Positions 54,705 through 64,000 of a stretch of DNA of 64,000 nucleotides are shown piece by piece. The notes beneath the pieces are model-generated. The model saw only the letters and a program-made list of their open reading frames with translations. It did no database searches and was not told the DNA's origin. Every line of letters begins with the position of its first letter. Within the stretch, counting starts at the first letter, position 1. The DNA comes from Octopus sinensis (taxonomy: Eukaryota), in NCBI RefSeq assembly GCF_006345805.1, contig NC_043004.1, positions 102,920,001 through 102,984,000 of the forward strand, in the 5' to 3' direction. The translations under genes were made by a program, and so were the position numbers.

Positions 54705-55416
54705 CAATAATGTTTGCTTTTATGTTAAGATATAATAAAAACAATTTTCCATTAATCTTACGGATTACTCTATACTTTTGTATAGTACAATTTATTATCC
54801 TTATACAAGAATGTTGTTGACAGTGGCTGTGAAGTTTCGACCAACAAAGCTATTGTGTGTGTGTGTATGCGCGTGTGTGTGTATGTGTATGTGTGGCGTG
54901 TGTGTTTGTGTGTGTGTGTATGTGTATGTGTGTTTGAAAGTTCATGTGAACCATTGCGATGAGTGAGAAAAATAGTGGGTGTTAGTAGAACCTGGTAGCA
55001 ATGCAAGTGAGTAATTAAATAATATATAATATGGTGTTGCCAATAAATAACAGAGACGAGGAAGTAGAAATGTCTAAAATTCCGCATTAATATTCCAATA
55101 TTTCGGATCAAAAAATTTCCCTTCGTCAGGTAGCGTGAGAAGAGACTACCGAAGCAGTCCATTGTTTTACGTATCATTTTATAGCTTAGTAGTTTTCATA
55201 TTAAGGGGGGGGGGGGGGTCAGTGTATTGGGCAGGTCAAGTAGCGGGTCAAATATTTTCTGATAGGATATCGTGCTTTTCATGTTAAGGAGTGGAGAATG
55301 TCAAGCGTGGGTTGAAGGGTCAAATAAGATTGTGTAATAGTCAGTCAATATGTAGGATGTGTGTGGTGTATAGGCAATGTCGTGTACAGAAGCGATCTAT
55401 CTATCTATCTATTTAT

Positions 55417-55490
<74 letters not shown>

Positions 55491-55558
55491 GTCTGTCTGC
55501 CATGATAGATCGTTAGCCACTACACACATTTTTTTCTCTCCTTGTTTTTTCTGTGTCC

Positions 55559-55594
55559 CTTTCTGTAGAAGAGCCTAGGCTCGAAACGTAAAAG
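55559..55594 (+). ncRNA. Minimal hammerhead-like motif (A6U core variant) within a ~55500-55685 repeat
   Basis: CTTT-CTGTAGA-A-GAGC(CTAG)GCTC-GAAA-CG-TA|AAAG. Confidence 0.5.
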
Positions 55595-55693
55595 ACTTTT
55601 TCTATTCCTGAGCGTTATACTAATACGTCTGTCTGTTTTGTACATCACCTGTCTTCGTCTTTTGTTTTTTTCGTAAACTCTCCCTATATATAT

Positions 55694-55780
<87 letters not shown>

Positions 55781-55787
55781 GTATACA

Positions 55788-56119
55788 TTAAATAATGAGA
55801 TAACAAGGCCAAGGCTATGTGGAATTTTCAGGACATTTATAACAGAAAGTTAGTCTTACAGCTGTTTCTGAGATATTAAAGATATCCCTTCATCAGAGAC
55901 GATGTGAGATGGTTAAAAATATGAGTATTTATTTTGGAAAAAGAAGCAAATAAAGAGTATATAGAGAAATAGGAAAATGAATATAGAAATAAAAATATAA
56001 ATATATGTAAGATGTTATAGTTGCAGTTGGAGTAGTCAAGGAAAGTGGTAGGTAGAAGTTCATATTTTGTCATCATAAATGGAAAGTGTGGAAACGTAGA
56101 TTCCATGTGCTGTTCATTC
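55788..56119 (-). mobile_element. Non-coding Penelope-like repeat with hammerhead motif (copy 2)
   Basis: Homologous to 39767-40162 with internal deletions. Confidence 0.6.
55853..55900 (-). ncRNA. Minimal type-I hammerhead ribozyme-like motif
   Basis: GTCT-CTGATGA-A-GGGATAT(CTTTA)ATATCTC-A-GAAA-CAGCTG-TA|AGAC. Confidence 0.65.
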
Positions 56120-56954
56120 AAAGGAATTTTGTGGTGTGAATGAAAATTTGAGAATGTAGTGGTAGTAATAAGTGGATAGAGAGGGAAGAAGAGATGTGTA
56201 TGTTAAAATGAAGGAGAGATCAAAGGAAAAGGCGAGAAAAGAAGAAGGAAAGAAAGAGGAAGAGAAAATGAAAGCAAGAAGAGAAGATGAAAACAAGAAG
56301 AGAAAATGAAAACAAGAGAAAATGAAAAAAGTGTAAGAAAGTGAAAAAAAAGTGAAAGAATGAAAAAAGGAGTGTTAGTTGGTGGTCAAGATACTATGAA
56401 GGGGAATTGGAGAGGAGTAGGGGAGAGGTAGGAAGAGATAAGAATATAAGTAATGAGTTTGTGTGAGGTGTGTGAGGTGAGGTGATATGTTAGAATGGCA
56501 TTAAGGGATAGATACAGAAAAGGTATGGTATAGGAGGGAGTTTTGTAAAGCGAGTAATAATCCAGAAATTGGAAGGGAAGAATACTAAGAATGATCAAGT
56601 TACTATAAATAGACTTCTGTGTTTATTCTATTGGCTAATGTGATAGTGTGGGTAGAGGAATCAGAGTGAAAGAAAGAAATAAGTGTATATCGATATACGC
56701 ACGCACAGATGAAAATATATGTGTGTGTATACATTATTATATAGGCCTGCGTACTTGTGTATTTAAACCCGTACGCATGCTTGCATATATATATCTAAAC
56801 ACATACATACACATATACATGTACATACATATACACACATACGCATGCATGCATACACACGCATACATACACACGTATACATACATACACGCTTATAGAC
56901 ACGCACACACGCACATACGCGCCACACATACACACACATACACACACACACACA

Positions 56955-57049
<95 letters not shown>

Positions 57050-57102
57050 CGCACATACGCACATATATCGCATATGCAACGCCCATATACATGCCCATAT
57101 TT

Positions 57103-57371
57103 GTAGTAAAAAACAGACCACTCTGGAAAACCACCATCCATGAGGGAACGGCGACTTTCGAGTCGAAAAGGTCTGCAGAGCTGGAGGAGAAAAAACGACG
57201 ACGGAAGGAGCGCCAACAACAACCACGCGCGACTCTCCCTTCCGGCACTAGATGTCCGCACTGCGACCGATCTTTTCGAGCAAGAATTGGTCTTATCGGT
57301 CACCTACGGACTCACCAGTAAATTTGCGCGAAGACCATCATCCTCGACCTTGAGGGATTGCCATCATCATC
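57103..57371 (+). mobile_element. 5'-truncated RTE-clade LINE 3' end
   Basis: RPLWKTTIHEGTATFESKRSAELEEKKRRRKERQQQ...CPHCDRSFRARIGLIGHLRTHQ* with short 3' UTR and (CAT)n tail. Confidence 0.88.
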
Positions 57372-57414
57372 AGTATTAAACAATTAAAATAAACCAATCA
57401 AATAATAATATAAA

Positions 57415-57448
<34 letters not shown>

Positions 57449-57449
<1 letters not shown>

Positions 57450-57873
57450 CTGGCCATTGATAAAGTTTTTTTCCCGAAAAATTTTTTATTCTATATCAAT
57501 TATAAATAGATTAGTGTTTCACTTCCGGATTCTATCACTCTGTGAAAGTTTCTAGTTCGAATCACACGTGTCTCGAAGTGCGCCGAAGATTTTTCTATTT
57601 GGATATATTTGGGGTACTTAAGTCTGCTCGGGACTTAGTGCTTGCTTCTTCCATGGGTATGAATAAGTATTTCATTTATATCTCGCGTAAGTGCCACTGA
57701 AGAGGGGAAAATTTCTTGTGAATTAACCCCGAAATTGGACCAATACGGTAATAACGAATTTTTTAGAGATTTCTATCGGTTTGTTTCGAGACGCATAAAT
57801 TTTATAGTTATCGACAAATTTTTTGTTTCGGCGTATCTGGCATTAGAAATTCTTCTTCTGCCCTTATCTTGTA
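57449..57873. repeat. Unclassified ~425-bp repeat; rearranged second copy at 53897-54388
   Basis: Segments match the insert in the split SINE. Confidence 0.8.
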
Positions 57874-57880
57874 TATATAT

Positions 57881-58267
57881 ACTCCTTTTACTCTTTTACT
57901 TGTTTCAGTCATTTGACTGCGGCCATGCTGGATCACCGCCTTTAGTCGAGCAACTCGACCCCGGGACTTATTCTTTGTAAGCCCAGTACTTTTGCTAAGT
58001 GACGGGGACATAAACACACCAGCATCGGTTGTCAAGCAATGCTAGGACAAACACAGACACACAAACATACACGCACACATATATATATACATATACATAT
58101 ATACGACGGGTTTCTTTCAGTTTCCGTCTACCAAATCCACTCACAAAGCCTTGGTCGGCCGGAGGCTATAGTAGACGACACTTGCCCAAGGTGCCACGCA
58201 GTGGGACTGAACCAGGAACCATGTGGTTGGTAAGCAAGCTACTTACCACACAGCCACTCCTGCGCCT
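57881..58267 (-). mobile_element. Family-1 SINE
   Basis: Colinear with other copies; small internal deletion. Confidence 0.85.
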
Positions 58268-58607
58268 ATATATATAATATTATATTATATTATTATATTA
58301 AATAATATTACTTATTATATTTTACTTATTACTTATTATACTTATTATATTATATTTAGCCTTTTTATACTTTTTGGTTAGTTATATAGATATTAAAAAA
58401 AAATTCAAAAATTAAAAAATATAAATTTGAAAATTTAAAATTTTGCAATTTTAATAATTTGAATTTTAAATTTTATATATATGTATATATATTATATGTT
58501 ATACTAATTATATTTATTTTTGTTTTTTATGTTTATGTCTATTACTGTTTGAGTTGCCTAATAGTGGTTTTATCTCTAATTTAATTTATATATATATATA
58601 TATATAT

Positions 58608-59103
<496 letters not shown>

Positions 59104-59119
59104 TATATAATATAGATAT

Positions 59120-59177
<58 letters not shown>

Positions 59178-59180
<3 letters not shown>

Positions 59181-59485
59181 GAGGCGCAATGGCCTAGTGG
59201 TTAGGGCAGCGGGCTCGCGGTCGTAGGATCGCGGTTTCGATTCCCAGACCGGGCCTTGTGAGTGTTTATTGAGCGAAAACACCTAAAAGCTCCACGAGGC
59301 TCCGGCAGGGGGTGGTGGTGATCCCTGCTTTACTCTTTCACCACTATTTCTCTCTTTCTTCTGTTGGCCTGCTCGCCTAGCCAGCGGGGTGGCGCATTGT
59401 GACCAGCGATGTGTAAAACATCTGATGGTCTGGTCGGTCACGTGATATGTATATATAGTCTGATATATATATATGGTCACGTGAT

Positions 59486-59523
<38 letters not shown>

Positions 59524-59892
59524 ATCACGTGACCGACCAGACCATCAGATGTTTTACACAATGCGAACGCATTGTGACCAGCGATGTGTAAAACATCTGA
59601 TGGTCTGGTCGGTCACGTGACCGACCAGACCATCAGATGTTTTACGCATCGCTGGTCACAATGCGTTCGCATTGTTTTAGCCTTCGAACGACGCCACCCC
59701 GCTGGCTAGGCGAGCAGGCCAACCGAAGAAAGAGATAAATAGTGGTGAAAGAGTACAGCAGGGATCACCCCTCCCCTGCCGGAGCCTCGTGGAGCTTTTA
59801 GGTGTTTTCGCTCAATAAACACTCACAACGCCCGGTCTGGGAATCGAAACCGCGAGTCCGCTGCCCTAACCACTAGGCTATTGCGCCTCCAC
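59178..59892. mobile_element. 715-bp tail-to-tail palindrome of two SINEs with nested inner palindromes
   Basis: GTGGAGGCGC head at 59178 (+) and 59892 (-); inner perfect palindrome centred at 59616/59617. Confidence 0.9.
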
Positions 59893-59898
59893 ACACAC

Positions 59899-59961
<63 letters not shown>

Positions 59962-60055
59962 TTGCTTATATGCATACATATATACACATACACAGGTACG
60001 CATATATGGGTATAGGACGTCATCAAAAACTTAAACATCATGAAATACGAATTTG

Positions 60056-60094
<39 letters not shown>

Positions 60095-60206
60095 TTATAT
60101 ATGTACCAAACCAATGGAAAAAGCTATTTCCTTCAAAGCGATGGAAAACATTCAATTTTCACTGGTACTTCATTTGAATACCACAAAAATATGGTATGAT
60201 TACAAT

Positions 60207-60824
60207 ATACAAATATTAAAGGAAATAGAGAAATTCAATTGACATATTAAAAATATATTTATATTATAATATAATATAATTATACTATAAAAAGATATAA
60301 TATAATATAATATAATATAATATAATATAATATAATATAATATGACAAATAGTTAAAACGAATACAAATGAGTCTCCTCAGGGCAATATTTGTTCAAAAA
60401 AACAGACAAGAATTCCAGGCAAGGACTGCTAAATCATTAAAGAGACTGATTTAAAACATACCTATGTTTACTAGCGTGAGCGTTAGTAATTCAAGAATAT
60501 ACAAAATATAATAAAAACAAAAACAAAATTCAAATAGGTAAAACAATTAAGTAAATAAAATTTACAACGGTCATGCAATGTTCTTATGGATATCCATTAA
60601 TATTCTTCTAATGATATTTTAATCGAAAATAATCACTGTCCATTTTATTATATGAGTGTGAATTTTCATAAATTCCCTAGTGATATGAGTCGAAACAAAT
60701 TGTTGGATTTATATTTGTCTTAATGATTTGTTATATTATATTATATATTTTTATGGTATAATTATATTATAATGTAAATAAATTTTTGATATGTGAATTG
60801 TGTTTCTCTATTTCATTTAACATT

Positions 60825-60829
<5 letters not shown>
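60207..60829. repeat. AT-rich inverted repeat with hammerhead remnants in both arms
   Basis: 60207-~60350 vs 60713-60829 about 80% by eye; CTGAGGAGACTC on minus strand at ~60370-60381 and GAGTCGAAAC at 60687-60696. Confidence 0.65.
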
Positions 60830-60861
<32 letters not shown>

Positions 60862-60972
60862 AATAGTAAAAAGCGAAAAAACTACAGAAGGCTTGTTTTA
60901 AAAGGTTAAAAATTATATATTTGAGTCATTATGTCAGAAGAATGTTATAAAATTTTTTCATACAATGACATA

Positions 60973-61021
<49 letters not shown>

Positions 61022-61394
61022 GTGTGTGTGTGTGTGTGTTGTGTGTGTGTGTGTGTACATATATATATGTATATATGTATTTATATATTATATATATATA
61101 TATATACATATATATGTATATATGTACATATGTGTATATGTATATATATGTGTATATATATATATGTATGTATATATATATGTATATATGTATATATATA
61201 TATGTGTGTGTGTATGTATGTGTGTGTGCGTGTGTATGTATGTATGTATATATGTATGTACGTATGTATCGATATATATATACTTATATCTAAAGCCTGA
61301 AAACGACGGTCTTCTGTTAGAGGCCCGTGAAATTTTAAGTCGCATGAAACCGAATCAAACTCTTTTAAATCATATATATATGTATATATATATT

Positions 61395-61428
<34 letters not shown>

Positions 61429-61789
61429 ATATATATATATATATGCGTGTGTTTGCATATATGTGTATGAACGTGTGTGTGTTTGTGCATGTTTGTGTAT
61501 GTAGTAAGAGAGCAAGGACGCAAATAGTATTCAATCATATCTACTGGTCAAAAAATAGCAGTAGTCAAACAGGTATATAAATAGAGAAAAACATTTTAAT
61601 AAATTAAAAAAGAAAAGGAAATAGAAAAGATTAAGTGGAAATCTTAAAAGTAATCACAAAACTTAGAAACGATTGAGCAAAGGGATAAGTACGGGAGAAG
61701 AGTAAGGACGGTTAATCTATTTAGGCGAGAGAGCGGTGGCAGGGTAGTTTCGTATATGAAGTGTGTAGTGATGGTGCTAGACTGCTCAG

Positions 61790-62494
61790 TGTGAGCTACT
61801 GAGTTCTTATCTATTACTCACTTTAGGCGAAAGACTCCTTATAATAACAGCCTCTTTAATCCTGAGGTTGCCTAAGTTACGGACGACGGCTACTATAGTT
61901 ACAGTTATTTCCTGGTTGTGGTATCTGTCTACATCAGTAGTTCTCAATTGTGGCTCATATAACCCTTGGGGGTCCATTTAAGATTTTGTTGTTAAAATGT
62001 ATGTGCAATAAATTGGGTATACTTTTACACCACACAAAATATTTTAATTATTTTAATATACAATTCCTGATAATATATAATTATAGGATGTTTTAAACAT
62101 TGAATGACTTGAATGACCGTGAGTCTCTGTCTGAGTAACATAAGAATCAAAGAGGTCCATAGGTACAAAATGGTTGCAAACTACTGGTCTAGGTGTTTTT
62201 TGACCGGAAGATGTATGTGGGCATGTGTTCATTTATCCGGATGTGAAGCTTACAGACTGCGCAACTGATGTAACACTTTCCACACTTATTGATCCTGATC
62301 TGGTACGCAACTTGTGTACGCATGCATATATCTGCATCCCGGATCAGGCAATTGGCCAGTGTGCGCTTATTAGCCTCTTGGGGTAATTTTGTGGACAGGT
62401 AATGCCACGAGGAGGGGCCAAGGTAAGCCATATGTATGTCTAGCCCCTTTTTGCGAATGACCTTACGGACATCAGAGGTGGTTTTCTCGTTCAG
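61790..62494 (-). pseudogene. Penelope-like element GIY-YIG endonuclease C-terminal remnant, split by a hAT MITE
   Basis: VAYQIRINKCGKCYISCAVCKLHIRINEH fits VY.I.C..C...YIG.T...L..R..EH; after the MITE, DRYHNQEITVTIVAVVRNLGNLRIKEAVIIRSLSPKVSNR. Confidence 0.75.
61935..62186. mobile_element. 252-bp hAT (Charlie-like) MITE
   Basis: CAGTAGTTCTCAA / TTGCAAACTACTG TIRs; TSD gtctacat / gtctaggt resembling the NTCTAGAN target. Confidence 0.8.
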
Positions 62495-62764
62495 GTGTGT
62501 GTGTGTTCTGTTACTGTTATTGCAAGGGTGAGTGAAAGAGCCACGTTATCGATTATGATATACGCGCGCGCGCGACTCACAAGACATTGGTGGCTCGACT
62601 CCAGAGTGAAAAACACTTGCACAAGGTACAGCACAGTAGGAGAAATGCCCCAAACCATATCGTTGCAAAGTGAATTCGTAGCCACCGAACACTTGCTATG
62701 TCCTACACTCATAAGCCTTAAGTATATCATCGATTCTAGTGGACAATAAGCGGACACAATAAAT

Positions 62765-63004
62765 TGAAATAAATAAGCAGAGAGAGAGAGGGGGGAGAGA
62801 AAGAGAGAGAGAGGAGGAGAGAAAGGGAGAAAGAGGATGGGAGAGTAAGAAGGATAATTACAGAATAAAAAAGAAAGCGAAGAGTATTGAAGGGAAGAAT
62901 AGAGAGAAAAAGTGAGGAGAGAAGAGAAAGAGGGGGTGGTAGAAGATACTTTTTAGATATAGGTAAAAGGAGAGCAAGTGCAAACGATTGAGGGTAGCTC
63001 AAAT

Positions 63005-63035
<31 letters not shown>

Positions 63036-63236
63036 GGAGAGAGAAGAGGAGGTGGCAAGAAAGGTGAATGAGAGGGATAATTACAGAGTAAAAAGAGAAA
63101 GACATGGAGTTCTGGAAGGAAAAAAGTAGAGAGAAAGAGAGGAGTGAGAAAAAGAGGGAGGGGATATATTTGAGAAATAGATGAAGGGAGAGTTAGTGCA
63201 AGCAATTGAAGGTCGTGCATGGGTGTGGGGAAAGAG

Positions 63237-63276
<40 letters not shown>

Positions 63277-63665
63277 AATAGAGAGAAAGAGGTGGGGGAG
63301 AGAAGCTAAATGATATGCGAGAAGATTACATCCATAGTAAAACAATAATCCTATGCTCTGATAAGAGGATGACACAGGTACTGTCCTCAGTGAAAAAGAA
63401 GTACCCAAAGAATAAAAGTATAAAATTATAGGAGAAAATATAAAAATAGATATGAAAAAGTGAGAGAGAGAGAGAGAGAGAGTCAGTGGAGGCGGAATAA
63501 GAGAGAAAGAGACAAGGAAAGAGAGGTGAGTGAGAGAGAGAGGGTGCGAGAGGGATTTACCAGACATTTATAATGGGAGACAGTTTTGTTAAATAAGGGC
63601 ATTTCGTTTATTGTATGTATGTGATTAGAGAGAAAGAAAGAAGGAAAGAGAGAGAGAGAGGATTT
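62765..63665. repeat. Purine-rich (GA)n low-complexity region with internal ~210-bp self-similarity
   Basis: Direct reading; ataattacaga(a/g)taaaaa motif at ~62853 and ~63078. Confidence 0.7.
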
Positions 63666-64000
63666 TGGTATCCCAGCAGCCAAGAGTCTGAGGTTATGTT
63701 TGAATTAATTCTTTCTGAGATCTTTGGGTCTTTCACTGACTACTATTCACTCACATTGAAGAGCTGTGGATTTGCAGAGTCGTTAAAGCCTTGAATACAA
63801 AATATCTTGAGTTTTTCTTCCCAGACATTACGTTCTGGGTTCAAAATACCACCGAGATACACTTTGCCATTCATCCTTTCAAACATGAACGTACCACTCA
63901 AGTACCGGACCGTTGATATTCACTAGACCTTTTACCATCAAACAGCTGTTTTTGTGTCTCGATAAGCAACAAAGTTTATTCGTTCACTCACTGGCCCATG

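Noticed and set aside
58270-58600. Extremely AT-rich tract as a possible mitochondrial insertion
   Set aside because: No recognisable mitochondrial gene or tRNA motif; low complexity is sufficient explanation
61296-61342. Further hammerhead-like candidates (61296-61342 +, ~53578-53625 +, ~49055-49085 -, 3351 +, 5664 +)
   Set aside because: The core is mutated, or GAAA or helix I pairing is missing; cannot be distinguished from chance by eye

Overview
This is repeat-saturated, AT-rich animal DNA. No host protein-coding gene, rRNA, tRNA gene or CRISPR array could be identified. The SINE families and very dense microsatellites suggest a coleoid cephalopod, probably Octopus (inference from recalled repeat families, not from a search). 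Contents: about 35 tRNA-derived SINE copies in four body types, several with clean target-site duplications (TSDs); decayed LINEs (a 3.1-kb CR1-group ORF2 at 45.7-48.8 kb, two short CR1-group 3' ends, an RTE 3' end, and an old I/Jockey-group RT); three mariner remnants; hAT-, Merlin-, Helentron- and Helitron-like non-autonomous elements; and a Penelope-like GIY-YIG remnant. Almost all ORFs in the supplied track are translated microsatellites. The most interesting signals are: (1) several minimal type-I hammerhead-ribozyme-like motifs in Penelope-like non-coding repeats, two with the CUGAUGA and GAAA core motifs intact (39835-39882 and 55853-55900, minus strand); (2) a 45-bp array whose unit carries both a near-perfect U1-binding 5' splice site and AATAAA; (3) many long fold-back structures, including a 715-bp nested SINE palindrome; (4) a SINE/LINE shared 3' double stem-loop whose pairing is kept despite sequence change. 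All alignments and folds were done by eye. Coordinates of degenerate repeats are approximate.
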